Assembly (NCBI RefSeq): GCF_009914755.1
Contig: NC_060941.1
Length of the DNA stretch: 64,000 nt
Direction: 5' to 3' (one strand)
Source of the DNA: the human T2T-CHM13v2.0 reference genome, Homo sapiens
Shown here: piece after piece, positions 1 to 64,000 of the stretch
Position numbering within the stretch: position 1 is the stretch's first letter
How the letters are laid out: the number at the start of each line of letters is the position of its first letter
The notes under the pieces: model-generated
What the model was told of the DNA's origin: nothing
Databases searched by the model: none
Seen by the model: the letters and a program-made list of their open reading frames with translations, nothing else
Program-made: the position numbers and the translations under genes

Positions 1-860
1 CTCCCTGTAGGCAGGAGCCCCCCAACACTGACTGCGGGGCATGGCCCCCACTCTCCTTTGGCAGCTGGGGCACAGGACCAGATACTGCCCCACAGAGGGG
101 AGCTGCCTGCACGGTCCTGCCAAGGGCACCTCTAGAACGGGGCCCACGGGGCAGGAGTACAGCCTGGAAGCCCCTCCACCCCTGATCTTTTGGGCTGCCC
201 ACCGTGGCCACAGCGGGACCCAGGTGGGAGCAGCCTGTTCCCTGTGGGAAGGGTGGGCTTACGGGTCTAGCTGAGTCAGTGAAGGGGAAACAGCCACGGA
301 CTTTGAGATAAGGGCAGCGGAAACAGGACCGACACGGGCGCCCAGGGCCACTCCTTGCCCTGAGCCACCAGGAACCAGGCAAGGGTGGGGGCACAGGGGG
401 TGGGAAGAGGCTCACAAACCTGCCAGTGTCTCGGGGCCATGCCTCGTCCTGGTTTAAGTGTCCTGTGAGCACACCGGAGGAGCTGCCGGATGGGGCATGC
501 GGGTCCTCCGAGGCCAGGCAGGCAGGGCAGAGGGTGGGGGCCGCCGTGCCCAGGGGCACTGGCCCCTTTTGAGTGTGTATGTGTGTACAGACACCCACTG
601 TGGCTCCAGGCGCCCCCAGGGGCTAGCAGCAAGCCTAAAAGCCCAGACGAATTCTGCCTCTGGGGCGGAGCATGGCCGATCTACCATCCAGGGCCTCTCA
701 TCCCACGGGCTTCTCCAGGACACCGCGTGGGGCAGAGGCACCTGAATCTGCTGCCAACAGCCACCAGGACGTGGTCCCCACCTTCTCGGTCACCATCCTC
801 GCTGCTGCCTGGCAGGGGCTCCGGTGACGCCAGCCTTGAGGGGCAGGAGCTGCCCAGGTC
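1..860 (-). other. AATK: AATK 3' UTR (continues beyond window start)
   Basis: Follows the stop codon; no minus-strand AATAAA seen in 1-860, so the poly(A) site is probably left of the window. Confidence 0.8.
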
Positions 861-48333
<47,473 letters not shown>

Positions 48334-48629
48334 GGCCGGGCCAGCGGCCGGCGGGCATCCCGGGAGGGCGCTGCGCTCAGGACGCCCGCGGCCCCGGCCC
48401 GAGCCGCCGCATCACCCAGCGGCCGCCGCAGGTGCGGAGCGCGCCGGCCCCCGCGCCCCGCGCCCCCCGCCGCAGCCGCAGAGCCCGCACCGGTGGGGGC
48501 GGCGGCGACAGACGAGGCGCTCCGCCCGGCCCTGGCGCCGCGGGGCTCCGCTGGTGCAGTCCGAAAACGCGGGCGGGAGCGCGCGCGGAGCGGCGCGGGG
48601 GAGGGGGGGGCCCTCCGCGGCCGGGGTGG

Positions 48630-48860
48630 CATGGGGGGGGCACGGAGAGGGGGACACGGAGGGGGAGACAGAGGGGAGCACGGAGTGGGGGACACAGAAG
48701 GGGGCTTGGAGGGGGGACACGGAGGGGAGGCATGGAGGAGGGGGGACGGGGGGCCGTGCACGGAGCGGGGATGGCACGGAGTGGGGGGATGGTCCGGAGC
48801 GGGAAGCACGGCGGCCTGGGGCTGAGGGGGGCACGGAGGCTGGCGGGGGGGGGGGGGGGA
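48630..48860. repeat. G-rich degenerate repeat (GGAGGGGGACAC-like) ending in a G15 run
   Basis: Read directly; G15 at 48845-48859. Confidence 0.8.
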
Positions 48861-49356
48861 AACGGAAGTCGTGAATGGTAAGTCGTGAGTGGGTACGGAG
48901 GGAACGCCGGGGTGGGGGAGGGGGTACTCCTAGGTGGAAAGGTTCAGGGAGACAGGTGGGGGAACCCGGGAGCACACCCAGGGCGGGTCTTGGTGCTCAG
49001 GGGCCCTCGCCTCACTTGCAGGTTTCGAGGCGGCTGGCAGCCGCCCCCCGACCCCATGCCCTTTGGGTGGCACCTGTGCTGGTGGAGTGGGGGTGGCTGG
49101 CTTTGCACACAGGCCTGCTCCTGTACCGTGCTGCGACAGCCATGAAGGAAGAACCTGGCTGAGTCTCCACCTGCCGTGGACTGTACCAGGTGCTTAGGGC
49201 AGCAGGTTGGCCTGGGCGCTGAGGGGCCATCCCTTCCCCTATGTTTCTCCCAGGATCCCCCATCCCCGCCCAAAGTGCCACCTTGCAGGGTTGGGGCGGG
49301 GCAGGGTCCCCCCAGCCTGCCCCCGTGGGAGTCGGGAGAGTTAAAGTTCAGTGGAA

Positions 49357-49643
49357 GCTGGTCCCAGTGGCTCATGCCTGTAATCCCAGCACTTTGGGAG
49401 GCCAGGGCAGGCGGGTGGCTTGTGCTCAGGGGTTCCAGACCAGCCTGGGCAACATAGCAAGACACTTTCTCTACAAAAATTAGAAAAATGAGCCAGGCAT
49501 GGTGGCGCTCACCTGTAGTCTCAGCTACTTGGGAGGCTGAGGTGGGAGGATCACTTGAGCCTGGGAGTTAGAGGCCGCAGTGAGCCAAGATGGCACCACT
49601 GCACTCCAGCCCGGGTGACAACAAGATCTTGTCTCAAAAAAAA
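49357..49643 (+). mobile_element. Alu (J-like)
   Basis: Alu consensus, diverged. Confidence 0.9.
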
Positions 49644-49679
49644 GTGTCCTGGAGACTTGCAGTTGAGTCTGATGCACCC

Positions 49680-49741
49680 TCATCCACTCATTCATTCACT
49701 CACTCATTCATTCACTCACTCATTCATTCACTCACTCATTC
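49680..49741. repeat. (TCAT/TCAC)n microsatellite
   Basis: Read directly from sequence. Confidence 0.85.
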
Positions 49742-51179
49742 TGGGACCAGATGGCTAAGCCCCTTGGCAAGGCCCAGTTGGGGTTGGGGGCTGTGGAGCA
49801 GGTGAGAGGCGCCCACTCCAACAGGGCTCTTAGGACTTTAGGGAGAGAAAGGAGCCTGTTCCCGGCAGAGGGACCTGCAGAGACCAGGACAGGATGCTTG
49901 GGCCACGGGGCAGATGGGCACCAGGACCCACCCTTCTTTTCCTAAGGGGGTCCCTCATGTAGGAAGTTTCCTCCTAACAGGCAAAGCAAGGGGCCTCCAC
50001 CCTGTGCCCTCAGACCTTAGGGGTCCCTGGCTGTAGGAGACAAGACACCAACTGCACCTGGGGCAGAAGGAGACAGGGCACCCAGAGCCTTCTTCCTGGC
50101 CCTGATCATGTGGCCAGCCAAGGTTCTAAGGGGCGCTGCCGCCAGGCTGCCGTTGCAGGTAAAGAAGCCGCGTGGGTAGAGTGGCTGAAGGGGGCCTTGC
50201 CCGCAGGAGGCACTCAGAGGCCTTGGGCCACCTCGTTCAGTCTGTGTCTTCAGGGAGCCCAGAGGGCTGGGAGGATCAGTGCCCACCCAGTGGCAGGGAT
50301 GGTTGGTGCCAGCAGGCTGTGATCCTGGAGTGCTCCAGTGTGAGGGACAGAGGGTATGGCATACCCTCATGAGTCTCCACTCTGGGTCCCCTGTCAGGGC
50401 CTCCCCTCCCCAGCTCAGGAGGGAGTGCCCTCCTCTGCCCAGCCTGGAAGGTGCCCTAGACACCTGGACCTAGGCAGGGGGAGGTGGCCAGTGGCCGTGG
50501 GTGGTTGCTGGTTGGCATGTTGGGGAGAGTTTCTGTCCAGAACTTCCATGCCCTCAGTGTCCCTGCCTTGATGACCAGGGCCAGAAACAGCTTGCTGTGA
50601 CCAGGGGCTGGCTCCTCTCAGTTTTGCCTGTGAACACACACATGTACACTTGTGGCTGGGCCACAGCTCAGGGGCTTCAAGCTGTGGATCTTCTTGGGGC
50701 TCCAGGAAGGACAGGGGAGGAGCTGCCCCTGGGCTCCAAGCCAGCACTCCCACCCTACGTAACCAGAGCGACACCCCTTCTCCAGGAAGCACAGGGCCCT
50801 CTGAGATTTCGCTGGAACCAGGAGTTCAGATGCTTCCACTGACCGTGACCCTAGTGGGGCCCCCCAGGTGCTGGCTTTTGCCCACGCTGGGACAGGATCA
50901 GTGAGCACCTCTGGGTAAGAGGTCCCTGAAGACATAGCTGTCTGCTATCCCCCGGCCTGGGGGAAGGCATGATCTCCGCCCCTGGGACTCTCTAGAGCCC
51001 AGAAGGAGCTGACCGAGGAGCCCAGATTGGCTGGGAGAGTGTCGGTGCAGAAGCATTGCCCGTCGAAGAGGAAAAAGGCCAAGAACCCAGCAGGAAGCCC
51101 AGGTGTGGTGGAAAAGAGGGGGCAGGGGCAGGAGAGAGCCTGGGGGTCTGGGGATTAGAGACCAGAGTGAGGAACGCAC

Positions 51180-52897
<1,718 letters not shown>

Positions 52898-53848
52898 TGG
52901 GAGTGCAGGGCATGGGAGGGAGGAGGGAGGCAAAGTGGGGAACATGCAGCTGTCAGGACAAGGTCAGCACCTTCCCAAATTCTTCCTGCAGATGTCTGAA
53001 TCCCAATTAGCCAGTTATAATAGCGTTTCTGCAAGTGTAGCTGCCGGGACTCAGCACCCAAATCTGCCTGCTGGGCACCACAGTAGGCACTGCAGAGCCC
53101 CAAGGATGCCCCTGCCTGGCTGGGCCTCACCCTGCAGTGGGCACCCCCCCATTCTGCCACATGCCCCTCCACCATCTTGGCCCTCTTAGAGGCATCTCTA
53201 GGGTGCTTGGGCCCCTCCAGCCCCAGCCCCAGCCCTGTACCCACAGGCACCCAGGAGGTAACAGAGCTGGGTGCTCTTCCAGGCTGAGGCAGCAGGGCCC
53301 TCAGGCAGGAGGGGCAGCTGGTGCCTCTTAGCCTCCAGCCCTGGCCTCCCCCTTGCCCCGCAGTTGTTTCAGGCAGGAAGGTGGGCAGTGCCAACCCTGC
53401 GGGGGTCAGTGAGACCTGAACCTCCCCAAGGGGGCAGTGCCTGTCTAGTGCGGGGACAAGGGGCATAATACTGTCATCCAGAGCTATGAAGTGGTCCTTG
53501 TGGCCCTTCCAGGCCGGCGTAGCCCATAGTCGGGGCCAGTGACCTGGGGGCAGGGCTGGAGGCCAGGAGGGGCGGCTCTGAACAGAAATGAAGCCGAAAG
53601 GGCCGCCCAGGGGACAGGCCATCTGTCAGCTCAGGGCAGGTGCTGGTTCCGGGAGCTTTGGAGAACACTGCATCTGCCAGCCCGCCCTCCAGCCCAGAGA
53701 TCCCACGCCAGGCTCCCCAGGCCTTGTGGCCCAGGCGGGCCAGGGGCAGGTCCCCAGCCTGAGCTGCTCACACTGCAGATGCTTCCAGACGCTGGTTTCT
53801 TTGGGTCTCGTTTTATTAAAAGCATGATTTCCCACTCCACATATTTCC

Positions 53849-54138
53849 TTTTTTTTGAGATGGAGTCTCACTCTGTTACCTAGGCTGGAGTGCAGTGACG
53901 CCATCTCGGCTCACTGCAAGCTCCGCCTCCTGGGTTAACGCCATTCTCCTGCCTCAGCCTCCCAAGTAGCTGGGACTACAGGCGCCCACCACCACACCCG
54001 GCTAATTTTTTTGTAGTTTTAGTAGAGACGGGGTTTCACTGTGTTAGCCAGGATGGTCTCGATCTCCTGACCTCGTGATCCGCCCACCTCAGCCTCCCAA
54101 AGTGCTGGGATTACAGGCGTGAGCCACCGTGCCCGGCC
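53849..54138 (-). mobile_element. AluY-like element
   Basis: Y-type diagnostics (GCAAGCTCCGCC, GGATGGTCTCGATCTCCTGACCTCGTGA); perfect TSD CACATATTTCCTTTT. Confidence 0.92.
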
Positions 54139-54139
54139 A

Positions 54140-54560
54140 CATATTTCCTTTTTTATTGAAAAAATTCACATAACATAAAATGAATCGGCTTGAAGTGAAC
54201 AATTCAGTAGCATTTGTATTCACAACATTGCGCCCCCATCTGGGTCCAGAACATTCTCACCATCCCCAGAGGAAACCCCAGGCCCCTCAGACAGCACCTG
54301 CCCGTTCCCTTCTCCTGAGCCCCCACCACTCTGTGTTCAGTCCCCATGGACCGGCCCATTCTGGACATTTCATAAAAATGGAATCACATGGTATGTGGGG
54401 GCGTCTGCCACGCTTCCCTCAGTGGGATGTTCCTCCCGAGGTTCCTCCTCACTCTGGCCTGCTGGTGCCACATGCCTTTCTACAGCTGAGTTACGTTCCA
54501 TTGTGTGGACGGACTGCAGTGTGTTTATCCGGCCACACCCTGAGGTCAGGGCTGCTTGCT
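54140..54560 (-). mobile_element. Old L1M 3'-end fragment
   Basis: TTCACATAACATAAAAT...CTGGACATTTCATAAAAATGGAATCA. Confidence 0.65.
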
Positions 54561-54829
54561 GGAGACAGACTGCAATGTTATTAGTGTTAGGTGTGGGGTG
54601 GGAGCACCCGGGACAACCCCACACAGTGGGAAAGCTTTAGGGTGAACCCCACACAGAAGAATATGGCAGGACCATGGACTCTTCCACCTTCTGACCCGCT
54701 CATTCCACTAACGTGAACATGGCCAAGGAAAGGGAGGGGCTTCTTGGACAAAAACACTCACTGCAACATTATATCTAATGACAAAAGAACCCTGAAGCTT
54801 CTCCTGGTCCAGCAGCAGACGGCCAGTCA

Positions 54830-55134
<305 letters not shown>

Positions 55135-55914
55135 AGTTGCTGGACCGTCCTCAGCTCCCAGGCACAACACGGAGTCATCTCCCATCGTAACTGCAGAGTT
55201 GTGGAGACGTGGTAAGATGTGACACCGAGAAAGCGGATACTGCAGTCATCTCAGCTCTGTGTAAGAACCAGAGGGGCAGAAACCCGCACGAAGGAAAACC
55301 TGTGGTTTCAGGTGGAGAAGCGGCGGCGTGAGGCCTTCTTCACTGTCGTTATTGGGGTATCAGGAAACAAATGCACAGTGAAGCGTCTCCTTCCAGACAG
55401 CCCGTGGCCAGGGGAGCTCCTCGGTGATGTGTACCTGTTCTGGTCTCACCCTGGTGACAGCCCTACAAAGGCCCTACCCTATGAGAGATGCCGGCGAGGG
55501 GAGAGGTGCTCGCAGAAGCCACCTGCCTCATAGAGATCCCTTCTCCTTCCAGGGCCCTTATTTTAGGAGCTTCATGAGCCGGGCCCTGGCATGGTTCCCT
55601 GGCCCCTGCAGTGACCCACGGACAGACAGCTGCTCAGGCCTGGCCACTGGAGGAAGCCAGGTTGTCTGGTGTCTTCTGCTGGCTTCTCAAACACCCTGGC
55701 CAACCTGCATGTCCTGGGAGACGCTGCCAGGCCCAGTGGGCCACCTCCATGGACCCTCGCATTCTCCCCTACAGCCCCCATGAAGCAGCAGGTGGGGTGG
55801 GAGCTCATGCTACACACAGATGCCCCGAGAGAACCGACTATGTGGCTTGCCCAAGCTCACAGCTGGAAAGCCAGGCCTATATCATATCTTGCTCTATAGG
55901 AAAGCACTGAGAAT

Positions 55915-59970
<4,056 letters not shown>

Positions 59971-61384
59971 AGCACGCAAGAAAGAAGAAAAGCATTAAGG
60001 AAATGGAGGAAAAGGCATCGACCGAGCCTGGACATTCTCCAGCATCAAACGTGTGTTCTGCAGGTGACTTTACCTCCACCGTGTTCATCTACATATTCCA
60101 AATGTTCTGTAATAAACCTGATTGCTTCATCTCATCCAAAAGCTATTACAGATAATATTTCAATCACCCTAATTAAAACAATCACATGCCTTTAAAGGCC
60201 AAAGTTGGGCAAGAATTTAACTGGCCACTAATTGCTGCTGGGGCCAGGGAGGGCTCAGCCCTTTGGGAAAGTGACCTGGCAGGACCCACCAGTGTCTCCT
60301 TCCCTGTCTGAGCCTGGACATCTCCCTGATGTCCGACCTGAGGCTCCAGGTGGCCCTGACCTCTACACCTGGCTGGGACGGGTGTAGACTGGATTCGTCT
60401 CCTCATCTCCTGGGGTCTCTTGAAGAAGGAGGATAATGCAGCCTCCCTCAAGAGGCTGCTGAGACCCCTGGGGCCCCGCCAATGGCAGATGACACTGTTA
60501 TTACATTCATTGTCACCTGTCACATATCATGACCGTCACCTTCATTAGTGAGGACAATACCCTCCCACCTCCAACATGAGCAGAGGCTACCACGGCCTAT
60601 GTAAGAGGCCCGGGCAGTCCTGTGGCTTCCAGTAGAAAGCCAGGCCCCCCCGACCCCGGCAGACAGCCCCATCCCTGGCTTCCTCACAGGCCTGCGGTGC
60701 CCAGCATGACCACCCCACAGGGGCAGGGCTGTTGGCACCACCCTCCCTGGCAGAAGGTAACCGTGCCCCTGGTGTATTCAGAGCCAGCCAGGGATCACCT
60801 TGGCCCTCCCTGCTCACCACCAGGGGAGGGTGGTTTGGGAGGAGGACGTGGCTTGGATAAACTTTGTCCCATATGAACTTGGAGCCTCCCCACCCCCACC
60901 GGCCTGCAGGCTGTGCTGTGCCCCTTCCACCCGGCCCAAGCCCGCAGGCTGGGCCGCAGCACCCACTCGGCTGCCCCTTCAAACCCCACTCACATGTCTG
61001 GCCCTGCAACCTGTTTCCTGCACCAGAGCTGGGGGGGGCAGGGTCCCCAGCCTCAATCTCCCTGCACCACCCCCACCGCCCGCAGCCCCTCCCACTGTGT
61101 ACAACCCGCTGCACTGGAGGCCCGAGGCGTGGGTTCCAGCACCATGACCTTGGGCAGGTCCCTCAGCCCCTCTGACCTCAGGCTTCCAGCTGCTGTCTGC
61201 CCAGCTGGCCTCGGTCACCTGCTCACTGGCTCACTGGTGCCCTCTCTTCCTCCCTAACCCCGCCCCAGGTTTGGGGAGGCCAGGCACTGCTAAGGGTCAG
61301 TCTGCCCAGACCAGTGTGGACACACCAAGTGCCTGCGAGCCCCTGGGAGCTGCCCGTGCCAGGCTGGAGTGCCGGGGAGGGGCG

Positions 61385-61510
61385 AGGACAGCTGCAGCCC
61401 CGAGATGTAAACAGGCTTGCAGGTATAAAAGCTGGAGCCCCTGGGCCTCTCCACACCCCAGCCTGACCCACCTTCCAGAACTCTCGAAAGAAGCCAGGCA
61501 GAGGTAAGCC
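61385..61510 (+). promoter_or_regulatory. Candidate TATA promoter plus short non-coding first exon upstream of PVALEF coding exons
   Basis: CAGCTG 61389-61394, TGTAAACA 61406-61413, TATAAAA 61424-61430, donor GAG|GTAAGC at 61503/61504. Confidence 0.55.
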
Positions 61511-62411
61511 CTGCCAAGGAGGGGGGTGTGGGTCTCTGGCCGCTGAGGTTATCCGAGCTGGATGGTGGGAACTTGGAGGCCTTCTCTTCATCCACAGGAC
61601 AAGGGTGGCCCTGGGAGACCCCAGGGGACCCAGGGGAGGTGGGGAAATGGGGTGGAAACAGAAGGAATGGCCCTCCCTGCCAGCAGCACCACTACAAGCC
61701 CCAAGGGGGCCCCCGGATGGAAGACAGCTGCAGGTGCCTGGTCCTGCGGGGAGCACATGTGTGCACGTGTGTGCTGGCACGAGCCTCTGTGGGCACGGCT
61801 ACAAGAGGCGGCTGTGAGCTGGGGCCTCTGCATAGGGAGCTGGACCTGCTCACTCTGTCCCTAGGCCCCCAGGCTCTAAGTGGGGATGGAGATGGGGTGG
61901 GGCTGGCAGGGCAGCGAGTCCAAGGCCTCTGGCCCCCGGACTCCAGCAGGCACACAGAGCCGGCTCTGGTCCCCACACTCTGCCCCTGACCCAGAGGGAC
62001 CCCACTGCCTCTATCACCCCTTCCCCCGAGAGGCCTCTCTCATCTCAGCATCTGCCCTTGGAGACTGGGTGGCAGAGGCTAGTTGCTGTGGGCAGACCAC
62101 AGCTTCCGAGAATGGAAGGTCGGGAATGGCCCGGAGCAGGGCATCCCAGATGTAGCAATGCTGGGGCGGTGTGTGGTCTGAGGGGTCTTAGCCCAGCCTG
62201 GAGGCTCCAGGATCTCTAGCTGTGGAGGGTGGGTAAAGGGAGTGGGGAAACAGAGGCCTTTTGGCAGGGCCTTTCCTGGCACTGAGGGCAGCCCCCAGAA
62301 TCTGAGCAGGGCCCAAGGACAGCTTGTGTGGCGTCCCGCAGCCTCCCCCGGCCGGACATCCCAGCTCACTGGGATCCCATTAAACTCCAGCCCGGGCCGC
62401 GGATGCACGAG

Positions 62412-62421
62412 CTATAAATAA
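62412..62421 (+). promoter_or_regulatory. MEF2 consensus site (overlaps a TATA-like sequence)
   Basis: CTATAAATAA = YTA(W)4TAR, isolated in GC-rich context. Confidence 0.45.
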
Positions 62422-63433
62422 ACCAGCAGCCTGGAGCTCCAGGCCTGCCTCCCACCCTGTCTCCAGCCCGGATCTCGGGCTCCCCTGCCTTCGTTGGGGG
62501 CACCCCTGAGAGCAGTGGGATTGGGGGTGGTGAACGAGCCCAGCCCAGGGGCACCCCCAGCACTGGGCAGATGGGACATTGGTTCCTGGCTTGGCCACAT
62601 TTAGCCTGGAATTCGGCCCAGCCCCTCCTCTGTAAAGGAGGTGACATTGGGCCCGGGGCCCCGAGTGGTAGGTGGGTGTTCCCTCTTCCAAAACAGGTCC
62701 CCAAGATGCCAGGGTTGGGGAAGGTGAGCCAGAGTCCCAGCTCTGAATGAAGTGGGGCGGGGCCTGTCCTGAGGGCCTCCGAGGCCCAGTCCTGCCCCAC
62801 ATGCCCGCTCACCACCACCCTGCTGGCTGGGGGAATCAGCCACTGCAGGGGCTGTGGGGGCCCAGCTCCAGCCCCACAGCAGCGGGCAAGCCCATTCCCC
62901 ACCATCTCCCTTCCCTCCTGGCTCCTCGCACAACCCTGTGAAGGGGCAGGCGTCTCCCCACATCACATGGCAGCTGGAGGCACCGAGGGTTGGGGAGCAG
63001 GACCTGGTCCAGGGGCTGCAACTGGCGCTCCTCACACCTCTGGGGCGCCAGGGTTGGGTTGCAACCCTTGACCTATGGCCTCTCTATCCAGAGGAGAGCA
63101 GAGATGCCTCTGGCCACTGCTCAGCCCCACTCGAGAACACAGGCCGCCCCTCCTGGCAGCAAGAGCGTTCCAGAAGGCTCTACCACCCCGTGAACTTTCA
63201 CGAGGGCCAAGAAGCCCAGGACACCCGCTTCCCCTTGCGCTCTGAGATAGCTGCTGTGCTGAGCCCCAGAACCCAACCCCCCCTGGGGACGGCAACCTGA
63301 GAGCCCAGCAGGTCACAAGGCGCTGCCGTGAGGCGCACAGGATGGCCCGGCCCCTCCCGCTGACCCCTCTGCCTGTGCCCAGACCCCCACCTGCCTGGCT
63401 GGGATCCCAGCATGTCTCGGGGCCCTGGCATGA

Positions 63434-64000
<567 letters not shown>

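Overview
Human genomic DNA, recognised as the AATK (LMTK1/AATYK) locus on chr17q25.3. The minus strand carries the complete 14-exon AATK coding sequence. I assembled it from GT/AG junctions: ATG at 48333, TGA at 861-863, 4125 nt, 1374 aa. Four intronic miRNA hairpins are present: MIR657, MIR338 and its antisense partner MIR3065 in intron 7, and MIR1250 in intron 2. The 31-kb intron 1 holds about 20 Alus, old L1 and MaLR fragments, several VNTRs and a fossil Mutator/MULE DNA transposon (Ricksha type) that still shows both terminal inverted repeats and recognisable DDE transposase motifs. Upstream of the AATK CpG-island promoter lie an Alu-interrupted L1 and, on the plus strand, the first coding exons of the parvalbumin-like gene PVALEF, which runs off the window end. 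Most ORFs in the supplied track are artefacts of GC-rich or repetitive DNA. I see no wholly new biological system. The best leads are: (i) a candidate TATA/MEF2/E-box promoter with a short non-coding first exon for PVALEF; (ii) an AATK intron-12 minisatellite built from GC-box plus CRE units, with ATGs in frame with the SPAK-docking exon; (iii) a stop-free, in-frame 81-nt intron inside the kinase activation segment; (iv) the Ricksha fossil. Gene, miRNA and repeat names come from recall, not from database searches.
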